Of a stretch of 64,000 bases of DNA, positions 37,884 through 48,339 are shown piece after piece (position 1 is the stretch's first letter; each line of letters starts with the position of its first letter). Origin of the DNA: an uncultured Veillonellaceae bacterium (GTDB lineage Bacteria > Bacillota > Negativicutes > JARBTT01); contig CAWDTA010000002.1 in the NCBI GenBank assembly GCA_963805085.1, positions 928,001-992,000 on the forward strand, read 5' to 3'. A program made the translations under genes and the position numbers. A model generated the notes under the pieces. That model saw only the letters and a program-made list of their open reading frames with translations, was not told where the DNA came from and searched no databases.

Positions 37884-39548
37884 ATGATTTATCCAATTAA
37901 TTTTAATATGTCCGGAATATTTTTATTGATATTTGTTTATGCATATCTCTATATTTTGTACCGGGAACGTTATATGGGAATATGGCTAGTAAGTTGGATT
38001 ATTTACTTTTTTCGTTCCTTCTTTTTGGATTCAGGAATGTTTAATTGGATGCAGACTTCATTAGGAATTGCAGCCTATCAAATCCTATCAAGTATTGCTA
38101 CCTTAATTTTCGCGTATGGTACACTTCGCTTTGTAAATAAGAAGTTAAATATTTATTGGTTATATGGTGTCGTTGGAACATTACTAATGAGCATGACATT
38201 TACTTCTTTAGAATTTTCTTTTCTTTATGCTATGCTTCCAGCCACATGGTTTTGCGGTATTGTATATATATGGGTAGGGATAATCTTTATTCGTTATTTG
38301 GATTTATCCGGAGCAGGTAAATTGATAACTGGATATACATTTATTTTGTTAGGTATTCATACTTTGAATAAGCCTTTTTTGGTGAATATAGATTGGATAA
38401 CTTCGTGGGGGTATCTTATCGCTGATGCTCTTCGGCTAATTATTGCTGTCGGTACATTGCTGGTGTATTTTGAAAAAACTAGAATGGACTTATCCAATAA
38501 AGAAACTCAATATCGATTGCTCGCAGAAAATGCCGTTGACATCATTTATAGATATAAATTGTTGCCAACAGCTCATTTTGACTATATTAGTCCATCTGTA
38601 TTTACGGTTACAGGATATAGCGACCAAGAATTTTATTCTAACTCTAATTTGTTATATAACTTGATATATCCAAATGACACACCTTTATTTCAGGATTTTA
38701 TCAATGTACAGCAAAGCACAGAGGATATAGCCTTTGCTTTCCAAATCACTCATAGAAATGGAAGTATAGTGTGGTTGGAGCATAAATTTTCTCATGTTTA
38801 TGATAAAGAAGGACGGGTTTTAGCTAGAGAAGGAATTTTTAGAGATATCACCACTCGTAAAAATTTGGAACAAATGACTATGAAATTGGAAAAACTGAAT
38901 ATAGTAGGGCAAATGGCAGTCAGTATAGCTCATGAAATACGTAATCCATTGACTACAGTATATGGGTATTTACAATTTTTGAAAAATAAGAAAGAAGAAT
39001 GCGTTAAGTATAAAGAGCAGTTCACAATTATGACTGAAGAACTAAACAAGGCTAACGTAATTATTAGCGAATATCTACTATTAGCTCATAATAAACGTGT
39101 TGAGCTAAAGAAGAGTGATTTAAATAAACTTATTAATCAATCGTATCCTTTATTACAAGTTTCGACTGGAACAGCCAATATACAAGTTAAACTTGACCTT
39201 GCTGATATACCTAACCTACACATCGATGAAAACGAAATTCGTCAACTTTTAGTTAATTTGGTACGTAATGGAGTCGAAGCTATGCCATCGGGAGGCAACA
39301 TTACCATTCGTACATTTCTAGAAAACGACAAAGTAGTGCTGGCGATTAATGATCAAGGGGCTGGTATACCAACAAATGTTCTGGAAAATATGGGAACACC
39401 ATTTCTGACAACCAAAGCAGAAGGCACAGGTTTAGGGCTGCCTATTTGCTACCAAATTGTCAACAGGCACAATGCTGTTATGGATGTGTCTTCAAACGTC
39501 GATGGAACTACTTTTTTCGTGCGTTTTAAAATAAACAGTGCCGATTAA
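37884..39548 (+). CDS. Orphan membrane-bound PAS histidine kinase
   Basis: About 7 TM, PAS/PAC, AHEIRNPL, NLVRNGVEAM, DQGAG, GTGLGL. Confidence 0.92.
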   Translation: MIYPINFNMSGIFLLIFVYAYLYILYRERYMGIWLVSWIIYFFRSFFLDSGMFNWMQTSLGIAAYQILSSIATLIFAYGTLRFVNKKLNIYWLYGVVGTLLMSMTFTSLEFSFLYAMLPATWFCGIVYIWVGIIFIRYLDLSGAGKLITGYTFILLGIHTLNKPFLVNIDWITSWGYLIADALRLIIAVGTLLVYFEKTRMDLSNKETQYRLLAENAVDIIYRYKLLPTAHFDYISPSVFTVTGYSDQEFYSNSNLLYNLIYPNDTPLFQDFINVQQSTEDIAFAFQITHRNGSIVWLEHKFSHVYDKEGRVLAREGIFRDITTRKNLEQMTMKLEKLNIVGQMAVSIAHEIRNPLTTVYGYLQFLKNKKEECVKYKEQFTIMTEELNKANVIISEYLLLAHNKRVELKKSDLNKLINQSYPLLQVSTGTANIQVKLDLADIPNLHIDENEIRQLLVNLVRNGVEAMPSGGNITIRTFLENDKVVLAINDQGAGIPTNVLENMGTPFLTTKAEGTGLGLPICYQIVNRHNAVMDVSSNVDGTTFFVRFKINSAD

Positions 39549-39731
39549 TTTATATTTTCATCCTACTGTGATTTTAAGTGTTACTTTTCTACGTTGATGA
39601 AAAAGAAAATATTGAAAGCTGTTGGATTTGGCAGGAAGACAAAATATGTACGATTTATGCAAGATGAATAAAGGATTACAATTTTCTTTGCGGAGACATT
39701 GTAATTTTCGTTTGTTTTTGATGATTGTAAA

Positions 39732-39760
39732 TAAGGTGTCAACACCTTAAAAAAACCTTA
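39732..39760. repeat. Putative integrase arm-type sites (right)
   Basis: TAAGGTGT (inverted, 39732), ACACCTTA (39742), AAACCTTA (39753). Confidence 0.65.
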
Positions 39761-39917
39761 GCGTGATAAAAACAATGAAAAATAGGGTAAAATCACATAA
39801 GATATTGCCATAAATACCTATGTGGAGAAAAATGCATAAAAGGGCATGAAGCTATATAAATAAAGGCTCTATAGGAATATATTCTATAGAGGATTTTAGC
39901 TGAAAAAATTAGAAGCT

Positions 39918-39965
39918 TTGCTTCCCAAGCAAGACGCGAGGGTTCGATTCCCTTCGCCCGCTCCA
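39918..39965 (+). repeat. attR core (displaced tRNA-Gly 3' fragment)
   Basis: TTGCTTCCCAAGCAAGACGCGAGGGTTCGATTCCCTTCGCCCGCTCCA; lacks the D arm and 5' acceptor strand. Confidence 0.95.
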
Positions 39966-39975
39966 TAGAAACAAC

Positions 39976-40010
39976 AAGGTCTCACAGAGTTTTCTGTGAG
40001 GCTTATTTTT
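39976..40010 (+). terminator. Original host tRNA terminator
   Basis: AGGTCTCACAGA-GTTT-TCTGTGAGGCTT-ATTTTT. Confidence 0.8.
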
Positions 40011-40359
40011 ATGTGTGCCATTTTCTATATGAAATGCACGATTCGCATTTAACTAGATAAAAAATATGTAAAATAGCTATACATGCCAATAGTAAATTTA
40101 AGTTAAATCTCATACATTAAAGATTTGTAGAGTAGTTCCATCAGCTCATGGCTTCCTTTTGCAATGTTTTTGCGTCAGTGCTGGAACATTATGTAGCAGG
40201 ATATCTATGAGTTAATATTTTTTTGATTTTCAGCATTTTATGAACAGAAAATAAGATATTTAAACTTTTTTTTACAAATAATTATCTAAATAGAGGAATA
40301 TATACATATTATGTATAATTTTACTTCGTAGTATAATGCTTGGGATAGGAGGTTTTTCT

Positions 40360-42234
40360 ATGTCATTACGGAATGCTATCAAACAGCTAAATGCAGCCGA
40401 TGAACAATTAGAAAAGATGTTAATTAGTAGATTGAAATTTCAGCCGCAAAGTAAAATGAAGTTTGATTTTACGGCTATAATTAGCCAAGATCTCAAGTTT
40501 CTTTATATAAGTTCGATGGGACTTAGGGTTTTAGGTTTAAAGCCTATTAATGTTTTAGGTAAAAACTGGAATCAAATTAATTTGCCACTTGCTGAGTTTG
40601 AGGAAGTAGAGAAAAAAATAAAAGAGCTATTTGATACAGGAGCCATTGCAAATAACAATGATATAGGGTCATTTAATATAGGGCAAAATTATTATTTTGA
40701 GTATCTACTTAGTCCCGTTTATACATCTAATGGAGATTTTGAAGCTGTAATGTGCACTTTTACAGATATTACTGAGAGAAAAATAGCAAAACTAACTTTT
40801 GATGATCCTATTACACAAATTAATCAGTTAATTGATTTGTGTCCAATACCAGCTTTTTTAGTTGATAAAGAAGGGAAAATAACTATTGTAAATGAAGAAT
40901 TTATAAAAGACTTTTCATTAAGTCAAAGTGATCTTATTGGTAAGCATTATGGATTTATTACTAAATATTTAGGACTTAAACCTAAGCAATCGGTAGTTAC
41001 CAAAGCGTTAAAGGGAATTAAAACATTCAAGAGATTATCTATATCTGAAAATAGTTTTTTGCTAAGCGCAACACCATTAAGGGAGCAAGCAACAGGAGCG
41101 GTTTTAGGAGCTATCATAATAAGTAGTAATATTACGGATTATGAAAAAATTAGAGAAAAAGATGATGAACGGCGACAGAATATCTTAAAACAATATTTAA
41201 CTGAAAATAAAAAGCTAAACCAATTAATTGAATTATGCCTGTTAGGAATTGTTTTGTATGATAATCAAGGGAATGTTATTGAATTAAATAGTGCACATAG
41301 TGAATGTATAGAAAATTTCAAAAGGGAAAAATTCTTAGGTAGAACGGGTTCCTATCTTCTTGAGGCATTAGGATTAAATTGGGAAAACTCACCTTGCAGT
41401 CTAGCTTTGAAAGGGATAGAAACATTAGATCATTATTGTAAAAGCAAATATGGAAAGCGTTATCTAGTAAATGCGATTCCACTTCGAGATTACCAGAATA
41501 CAATTATAGGTGCCATGACAATAATTCACGATATTACTGAATATGAAAAACTTAAGGAACAAATGACAAATCTTGATCGTTTAAATCTTGTGAGCGAAAT
41601 GGCAGCAGGCGTAGCGCATGAGATAAGAAATCCAATGACAGTGATAAAAGGCTATCTACAATTCCTTGGAAAAAGCGTTCCAGATAGTATCAGGGAACAG
41701 TTTTGTATTGTTTTGAGTGAAGTAGGGCGAATTGAGTCGATTATTACTGATTTTCTTTCTCTAGCTGGTAATAAAATAGTAGAGAATAAAGAGCAAAACT
41801 TAAATGCTATTATAGAAGGAATTATTCCATTAATAATGACGGACGCAACGGAGCGAGGTATTGAGTTGAAAATCAATCTAGCTGAAGAATTACCCTGTCT
41901 TATGTTAAATGCAAAGGAAATTAAACAATTGCTTTTAAACTTGACAAGAAATGGAATTGAAGCTATGGGGCAGCAGGGAACACTACTTATTGAGAGTTTC
42001 GCGGCAGGTGATGAAATCTCCTTATGTGTTGAGGATTCTGGTTGTGGGATTCGCAAAGAAGATCAGGAAAAAATATTTGATCCTTTTTTCACAACGAAAG
42101 ATGATGGTACGGGGTTAGGACTATCCGTTTGTGCAGGAATTGTGCGGCGCAATAATGGCAGGATAAAGGTGCAATCGAAGCAAGGTAAGGGGACTCGATT
42201 CACAATTAATTTTAATGCAGTATGTGTAAAATAA
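40360..42234 (+). CDS. Soluble multi-PAS histidine kinase (orphan, sporulation-kinase-like)
   Basis: Three PAS-like domains, AHEIRNPM, NLTRNGIEAM, DSGCG, PFFTTK, GTGLGL. Confidence 0.92.
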   Translation: MSLRNAIKQLNAADEQLEKMLISRLKFQPQSKMKFDFTAIISQDLKFLYISSMGLRVLGLKPINVLGKNWNQINLPLAEFEEVEKKIKELFDTGAIANNNDIGSFNIGQNYYFEYLLSPVYTSNGDFEAVMCTFTDITERKIAKLTFDDPITQINQLIDLCPIPAFLVDKEGKITIVNEEFIKDFSLSQSDLIGKHYGFITKYLGLKPKQSVVTKALKGIKTFKRLSISENSFLLSATPLREQATGAVLGAIIISSNITDYEKIREKDDERRQNILKQYLTENKKLNQLIELCLLGIVLYDNQGNVIELNSAHSECIENFKREKFLGRTGSYLLEALGLNWENSPCSLALKGIETLDHYCKSKYGKRYLVNAIPLRDYQNTIIGAMTIIHDITEYEKLKEQMTNLDRLNLVSEMAAGVAHEIRNPMTVIKGYLQFLGKSVPDSIREQFCIVLSEVGRIESIITDFLSLAGNKIVENKEQNLNAIIEGIIPLIMTDATERGIELKINLAEELPCLMLNAKEIKQLLLNLTRNGIEAMGQQGTLLIESFAAGDEISLCVEDSGCGIRKEDQEKIFDPFFTTKDDGTGLGLSVCAGIVRRNNGRIKVQSKQGKGTRFTINFNAVCVK

Positions 42235-42554
42235 TTCAGAATCGTGTCCAAAGCAATGATTCTAACGATACATTCAATTCATAGATAGTGAAATTGTTGT
42301 CGGGGCATCTTACTAAATTAAGAAGACACAATGAAAAAGGAAATGCTCAATAGTAGTTTAGTGGAGAAAAATAAAAAGGGCAAAAGATACTAACTTTTAA
42401 AAGATTAAAGAAAACTATATGCAATAATAGAAAAAAAGTGTAGAATTTAAATATAGATTTTTTAGTGAAAAATATGGAAGTAAGATAAAAAGTTGTGATT
42501 ACTTTGGTGTGGGTAAATATGGATGATGAAACAATCTGAACTTTTATAGTAGGA

Positions 42555-43046
42555 GTGAAGAAGATGAAAGCCTTCAAAAGAATCTTGGCATTATTGGTAT
42601 TTTGCTTGTTGTTGTCGCCGACGCAAGTTGGATTGTGCTCTAGCATAGTAACCCAGCTAGAGAGTTTTAGTGAACTAGAGGCGTTATTGACGAAACTAGA
42701 TAGTCTTAGTAATAGCGTGGATGCAGAGATTACTGAGAAAACAGATTTAACAAAAGCAGCAAAAACTTCAGTGGCAGCTGTGGAGGGATCTAGTGAAGAC
42801 GATAGCGATTTGAGTCAGTTAAGTCAATTAAAACAATTAGCGCAACTGAAAACACAGTTATCAACGCTAAAATCACAATTGGCCAGTGTAAAATCAAAGT
42901 TAGGAACAACCAAGAGTTCTTTGAGCACGGCGGATAAGTCATTAAGTGGACTAACTGATGACCTCAAAACAAAGATTCTCAAAGCTACATTACAAAGTGA
43001 TTCGCTGGGAATTGCTGCATTAAGTGCGTTACTTAAAATAGTTTAG
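42555..43046 (+). CDS. Exported coiled-coil protein
   Basis: Signal peptide; QLSQLKQLAQLKTQL heptad-like repeats. Confidence 0.65.
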   Translation: MKKMKAFKRILALLVFCLLLSPTQVGLCSSIVTQLESFSELEALLTKLDSLSNSVDAEITEKTDLTKAAKTSVAAVEGSSEDDSDLSQLSQLKQLAQLKTQLSTLKSQLASVKSKLGTTKSSLSTADKSLSGLTDDLKTKILKATLQSDSLGIAALSALLKIV

Positions 43047-43180
43047 AGCAAAATTTTAGCCTTTTGATATGTTTTTCAGAAGTCTTTGTTCTTTTGTTAA
43101 ACTATGCTAAGAATAAATTATATGTCTATATACAGGAATTTATATCAATGATAAAATAAGGTATAAGTTTAAAGTGAGGT

Positions 43181-43525
43181 ATGCGGGCAGTGACGAATGA
43201 AGAATTTCAGAAGCTGGTATTAGAAAAATTAAGCGGAATAGAATCGAAATTTGATAATTTAGAATCAGAAGTTAGTAGTTTAAAATCAAATATTGGTGGT
43301 TTAGAAACAAGATTTGATGGTTTAGAAGAACAAATAAAAGAAAATACTGACATTATTAAGGCAATTCGTCATAATCAAGAATTTGGTATAGCCAAGTTAG
43401 AAGCATTAGTATTAAATACAGCTAGTAAAGATTCTATTGTAAAACTTGATGCAAAGTTTGATGTGCTTAATGATAGATTATTCCAACAAGAAGCGGATTT
43501 GAAAATTTTAAAAGCAGTTAAATAA
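43181..43525 (+). CDS. Coiled-coil hypothetical protein
   Basis: Heptad repeats FDNLE/IGGLE/FDGLE. Confidence 0.7.
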   Translation: MRAVTNEEFQKLVLEKLSGIESKFDNLESEVSSLKSNIGGLETRFDGLEEQIKENTDIIKAIRHNQEFGIAKLEALVLNTASKDSIVKLDAKFDVLNDRLFQQEADLKILKAVK

Positions 43526-43731
43526 TATAGAGATCTATGAGGTATTGGCTGAGGCTGATAACGTTATTTTTTTATTTGATAATATAGAAATAATCACAAG
43601 TGTTAATATTTTTGAATTAGCCTGGAGCTTTTGCATATGGAATGATAAGGAGCATTATTGTTTGACAGCTAAATTAGGGACCTTATCATATTAAAATAAA
43701 AAACAAACAGTAAAAATCATTTTTATGATTT

Positions 43732-44100
43732 TTACTGTTTGTTTTTTTTCTTTGTATCCCAAAAAAGAATATCGAGGAAAGCTTTAATTTTAGCTTTATC
43801 ATTTTCACTTAGTGGCGTACCGTTAAAAAAAACTTCTGGCTGTTCTAGAAGTTTGAATATATCATTATGAGTTTTATGGTGTTGATTGGGTAGGTTTATT
43901 TGGACGGTATTGTTATTTAATAAATAATCAACTGTAACTTTAAAGAAATTAGCTAGGAGTAAAAGAGTTGCATTATCTGGTTCGCGTTTTCCTATCTCAT
44001 AATGAGCATAGGTGCCCCGCGGAATGCCTAAAATATCTGCTAATTTCTGTTGTGTTAAGCTTTTGTCTTTTCTTAATTTTTTTAGCATTTGACCTAACAA
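43732..44100 (-). CDS. XRE-family repressor (ImmR/cI-like)
   Basis: LKKLRKDKSLTQQKLADILGI...YEIGKREP...FFKVTVDYLL. Confidence 0.92.
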   Translation of the reverse strand: MLGQMLKKLRKDKSLTQQKLADILGIPRGTYAHYEIGKREPDNATLLLLANFFKVTVDYLLNNNTVQINLPNQHHKTHNDIFKLLEQPEVFFNGTPLSENDKAKIKAFLDILFWDTKKKNKQ

Positions 44101-44136
44101 AGCTCATCACAACCTTTCCTGTAATTTATTATATAG

Positions 44137-44224
44137 GTAGCGGTTTGCTACTAAAATGCTTTGTAGCAATAAGATACAATTTGACCTGTAAAACATTGAC
44201 ATAGTAGCGTAACGCTACTATAAT
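44137..44224 (+). promoter_or_regulatory. Consensus sigma-A promoter with two GTAGC-N5-GCTAC operators
   Basis: TTGACA 44196-44201, 17-nt spacer, TATAAT 44219-44224; operators at 44137-44151 and 44204-44218. Confidence 0.85.
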
Positions 44225-44359
44225 TAATTGTGATTATTTAGTAGAAAGTAATAGATATAGTAAAACCCTGTCGATAATTTTCCTTTGAGTATTTTAAAAT
44301 AAAATTAGTTAAAAGTGCTAACAACTGATAGTTAAATAAGTAAAGGAAGTGATAAAATC

Positions 44360-45448
44360 GTGGGAAAAATAAATATTGATTTACATAATGTTATTCCTGG
44401 AATGATTACAGCAGAACCGGTTTTATCTAATGACAAGCAAATTATCTTGCAAAGCGATACAGAGATAACGAGTCATCTAATTAACTTGCTTTGTAAGTGG
44501 GGCATTAATTATCTCTGTATAAGACAAGTTAATAAAAAATATAAACGAAATGATGATCGTAATACTTATTTGTTTTACAATGAACAGAATGAAGAGGGAG
44601 CAAAGTTTTTAACGAAATATCGTAAGATATCAAGCAAAAGTAATAGTCTTTTTGAATATTTACGCAATAATGATTATTTACCTTATGATGTTTTTTATGA
44701 TTTAGCTTATGATGATTTGTATCAGCTTATCAGCGAAAAAAATATTTTATCATATTTATATAAGGTAAAGCCACCGCTAGATTATACCTACCTTCATGCG
44801 ATTAACGTTGGTATTATAGCAGGTTTAGTTGGTCGATGGAGTGGCTGCGAAGAAGAAACTGTAAAAATGTTGATTTTAGCAGGATTAATGCATGATATTG
44901 GCAAAGTGAAAATTCCGCAGACGATTTTGGAAAGTATAAACCCATTAAGTGGCCATGAACGAAGCTTGATAGAACTTCATCCCGTATATGGTTATCATAT
45001 GGTCAAAAATATTAATAATATCGCACCCGAGATACAATGTGCTATCTTACAGCATCATGAACGTGACAATGGCTGTGGCTATCCGAGAGGTCTTTATAGT
45101 AATGGGATTCACTATTTTGCTAAAATTGTTGCGGTTGCGGATGTGTATGATGCGATGACATCGAATCGCATTTATAAGGATAGTGTCACTCCGTTTGATG
45201 CACTAGAGGTACTTGTCAATGATATGTTTACGCAATTCAGTGGTGAGTATTGTAAAGTTTTTATTCGCCATGCAATCAGTGTTTTGACCAATTCGACTGT
45301 TTTATTAAGTGATAAGACACAAGCTGAAGTACTGCATTTTGATTGTTTTATGTCGACTAAACCGGTGGTGAAAAAAATAGATGGAACTTTACTTGATTTA
45401 AACCGAACAGATACTGTTTCTATTGTTGAAGTTGTAAAATTTGCATAG
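44360..45448 (+). CDS. HD-GYP c-di-GMP phosphodiesterase
   Basis: MHDIGK, HHERDNGCGYPRG, VADVYDAMTS. Confidence 0.9.
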   Translation: MGKINIDLHNVIPGMITAEPVLSNDKQIILQSDTEITSHLINLLCKWGINYLCIRQVNKKYKRNDDRNTYLFYNEQNEEGAKFLTKYRKISSKSNSLFEYLRNNDYLPYDVFYDLAYDDLYQLISEKNILSYLYKVKPPLDYTYLHAINVGIIAGLVGRWSGCEEETVKMLILAGLMHDIGKVKIPQTILESINPLSGHERSLIELHPVYGYHMVKNINNIAPEIQCAILQHHERDNGCGYPRGLYSNGIHYFAKIVAVADVYDAMTSNRIYKDSVTPFDALEVLVNDMFTQFSGEYCKVFIRHAISVLTNSTVLLSDKTQAEVLHFDCFMSTKPVVKKIDGTLLDLNRTDTVSIVEVVKFA

Positions 45449-45627
45449 ATATCAACCAGTTTATTAACTTGATAAAAATATTAGCGTTTTTTCCCCTCCA
45501 AGTATTTGCATGGAGGGTTTTTTTTTGTGTAAAAATTTTCCATTAAGCACCCTTTGTTATCGCCTACATATTATGTAATATGGGTTGGGAAATAGACCAT
45601 AACCTAAAAACTTTAGGGGGGAAAATA

Positions 45628-45903
45628 ATGGCATCTCTTATTTATACTGCATCTGAAGGAATCACTAGTGCTAATGAAGGTTCGATTGTTACCATAACAA
45701 TTACTAATAACAATGCTACTGCAGCAGTTACAAACTTTATTGTTACTGCTATCTATGAAGGGACTACTACGGAATATATTTGGTCAGAAACTGTTGCTAC
45801 ACTAGCTGCAGCGGCTTCAACATCATTTGATTTATCTATCGATAATGAGACTTATAGTGCAAGCAATTTGCATGTAGGTATAGGTTTTACAAATACGATT
45901 TAA
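45628..45903 (+). CDS. Small Thr/Ala-rich beta protein (possibly spore surface)
   Basis: GGGGGG RBS; composition; a sigma-K-like GCAC-N16-CATATTAT lies upstream (45547-45574). Confidence 0.5.
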   Translation: MASLIYTASEGITSANEGSIVTITITNNNATAAVTNFIVTAIYEGTTTEYIWSETVATLAAAASTSFDLSIDNETYSASNLHVGIGFTNTI

Positions 45904-46090
45904 TAAATTTGGGGGATTGGAATAGCAATTTCGAACCCTCTTACATAGAATGATTTATCAGATATATATCATTTCTGATAATCACGTTAAAGTCAGATAA
46001 GTGGTAGATCATAGAATGCAAAAGTTATGGTTAAAAATTTTACGTAGAAGCAAGTGATTTTGATATATGTTAAATAAGGAGTGTCACTTG

Positions 46091-46687
46091 ATGGCAGTTA
46101 TCAACATTCCGGCAAAGAAAAGTTTAACTTTATCAAATAAAGTTCCAACTGGAAATATACAAGAGAAAAAAATAATTGTTGGTAGCGAAAATAAATATAC
46201 GTATTATAGCTACCTCTTTTTTGATACGAGTATGATTCCTGGCGATATAGTGTTATTATCAGCGATGTTGGTATTATTTAAGGTTGCCGATTTTTTTAAT
46301 TCCCCAACTCCAAAATTTTCTGTGTATCCTCTACTAAAGCAATTTAGCTCTTTTACGACTTACGAAAATAGCTGTCCAATAGACTTAGATCCAATACTAA
46401 AACAAGAGTTTCTACCCTTTACAAATGATGTAGCCATTGAGGTGAATATAACTGCATTATTTCATAAGTGGATTAACAATACTTTCGTAAATAGAGGTAT
46501 TGCCATCAAAGATGGCACCTATACCAAACCCTGTATCTTAAGTCATACTTGCTTTGGCTCGGCTTATTGTAAGGATAATATGTTGATTCCCTTTATACGA
46601 GTCCATTTTAGGCAAAATCCTTATGGCTGTTTTTTACCGCAACCGATAAGTTATACTGCGTCAGTGATGCCTCCTGTTCGTGAATGA
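46091..46687 (+). CDS. DNRLRE-like domain protein
   Basis: YSYLFFD..IP...LSAMLVLFK and VNITALFHKWI...NRGIAI patterns. Confidence 0.6.
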   Translation: MAVINIPAKKSLTLSNKVPTGNIQEKKIIVGSENKYTYYSYLFFDTSMIPGDIVLLSAMLVLFKVADFFNSPTPKFSVYPLLKQFSSFTTYENSCPIDLDPILKQEFLPFTNDVAIEVNITALFHKWINNTFVNRGIAIKDGTYTKPCILSHTCFGSAYCKDNMLIPFIRVHFRQNPYGCFLPQPISYTASVMPPVRE

Positions 46688-46781
46688 TTTTTATAATTAC
46701 TATTTTTACCTAATGAAAATTTGTAATGCAATAAATGTAGACTTACATCAATAGGTTTGACAAAAAAATGCTTTTGATATT

Positions 46782-46964
46782 ATGGCAAAAGGGATCTCAA
46801 AAGGCGAAGCACTGCGGTTTTTATCACAAAATATGGGCTTTGATTTGAATAAAACCGCAGTTTTTGGTGATAATTATAACGATATTAGTATGATGAAGTT
46901 GGTTGGTTATCCAATTGCGGTAGCAAATGCCGATATTTTTATTTTTTATACCAAAGCATTATAG
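46782..46964 (+). pseudogene. Cof-type HAD hydrolase C-terminal fragment
   Basis: KGISKGEAL...AVFGDNYNDISM...AVANA only; N-terminal DxDGT motif absent. Confidence 0.75.
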
Positions 46965-47203
46965 TAAGGGATGCTTTAATTTTAGAAGTTGTTGCTTTTA
47001 GCTAATGAATCTTTGTAAAATTGCCATCGTTTGCAGAAATAATTGTCTTATCAAATTATTTTTTATAGCTAAGAAGCTCTAAAAGTGCTGGTTAAAACTC
47101 AATAGAGGTTTTCCGTTGGTTCTGACGAAGTCCTTTAGTATCAAACATTGATCGTCGAAGAGAAGTTAGTTGGTTATTTTTATGAAATGGGGAATTTAAA
47201 AAT

Positions 47204-48214
47204 ATGAAAGTTGCAATCATTTCACCAATTGCGTGGAGGACACCACCGCGGCATTATGGCCCTTGGGAAAGAGTGGTTTCATTATTGGCAGAAGGTCTGG
47301 TTAGAGAGAATATTGATGTGACACTTTATGCTACTGGCGATTCAATAACGAACGCTAAGCTCAGAAGTGTATGTAAAGCACCTTATGAAGAAGACAGAGA
47401 GCTGGATGCCAAGGTTTGGGAGTCGCTACATATATCCGAGATAATGGAGCAGGCAAATGAATTTGATATAATCCATAATAATTATGATTTTTTACCGTTA
47501 ACTTATAGTGGGCTAATAAAAACTCCTGTTTTAACAACGATACATGGGTTTTCTTCAGCTAAGATTTTACCTGTCTATAAAAAATATAATAAAAAAACAC
47601 AGTATGTTTCAATCAGTAATGCTGATAGAAATAGTGAACTTGACTATATAAGGACTGTGTACCATGGTATAGATATAGAAAAATTTACATTAAATAAACA
47701 ACGTGGCAATTATTTGGTTTATTTCGGAAGAATACATAGGGATAAGGGAACTTTTGAGGCGATACAAGTTGCTAAAAAAGCAAAAATGAAACTTGTGATT
47801 GCGGGTATTGTGCAGGATCAGGTTTATTATAAAGAGTGCGTAGAGCCATATCTGAATGAAGATATTTGTTATATTGGATCAGTGGGACCTGAGGAAAGAA
47901 ACAAGGTATTAGGTAATGCATATGCCTTATTACATCCGATTAATTTCAATGAACCGTTTGGTCTTAGTATCGTTGAAGCAATGGCTTGCGGAACGCCTGT
48001 CATTGCCTTTAATAAGGGGTCTATGCCTGAAATTATTCAAGAGGGCATTAACGGGTTTATGGTATCAAATGTAGAAGAAATGACTGAAAAAATTAGAGAC
48101 ATCATGAATATTTCCCGGAAAGATTGCCGTAAAACGGTGGAATGTAGATTTACACAGGAAAAAATGGTAAAAGAATATATTGAAGTCTATAAAGAAATAT
48201 TACAAAAATCATAG
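47204..48214 (+). CDS. GT4 glycosyltransferase
   Basis: TPPRHYGPWE, EPFGLSIVEAMACGTPVI. Confidence 0.9.
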   Translation: MKVAIISPIAWRTPPRHYGPWERVVSLLAEGLVRENIDVTLYATGDSITNAKLRSVCKAPYEEDRELDAKVWESLHISEIMEQANEFDIIHNNYDFLPLTYSGLIKTPVLTTIHGFSSAKILPVYKKYNKKTQYVSISNADRNSELDYIRTVYHGIDIEKFTLNKQRGNYLVYFGRIHRDKGTFEAIQVAKKAKMKLVIAGIVQDQVYYKECVEPYLNEDICYIGSVGPEERNKVLGNAYALLHPINFNEPFGLSIVEAMACGTPVIAFNKGSMPEIIQEGINGFMVSNVEEMTEKIRDIMNISRKDCRKTVECRFTQEKMVKEYIEVYKEILQKS

Positions 48215-48218
48215 TCCT

Positions 48219-48266
48219 AAAAAATATTACCCTATATTCATAAAAGTATAGGGTAATATTTTTTTT
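48219..48266 (+). terminator. Intrinsic terminator
   Basis: AAAATATTACCCTATA-loop-TATAGGGTAATATTTT plus T-run. Confidence 0.8.
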
Positions 48267-48310
48267 GTCCAATTAGAATATACAATTGTTTGTTCAAGGA
48301 AAACGATTAT

Positions 48311-48339
48311 TTGACGCAAAGCCTTATTTGTAGTATAAT
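48311..48339 (+). promoter_or_regulatory. Sigma-A promoter of the GH130 gene
   Basis: TTGACG-N17-TATAAT. Confidence 0.7.

Larger units (their letters stand above)
9949..39965. mobile_element. ~30 kb tRNA-Gly-integrated genomic island / integrative mobilizable element (defence island)
   Basis: 48-bp tRNA 3' duplication at both ends; internal tyrosine integrase, excisionase, relaxase and MobC; no T4SS or phage structural genes. Confidence 0.92.

Noticed and set aside
39918-39965. Second tRNA-Gly gene
   Set aside because: Only the 3' 48 nt are present, with no D arm or 5' acceptor strand; it is attR.
9949-39965. Prophage or self-transmissible ICE
   Set aside because: No capsid, terminase, tail, VirB4 or coupling-protein genes.
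42555-43525. Prophage lysis (spanin-like) relic
   Set aside because: Only coiled-coil composition supports it; no holin, endolysin or other phage genes adjacent.
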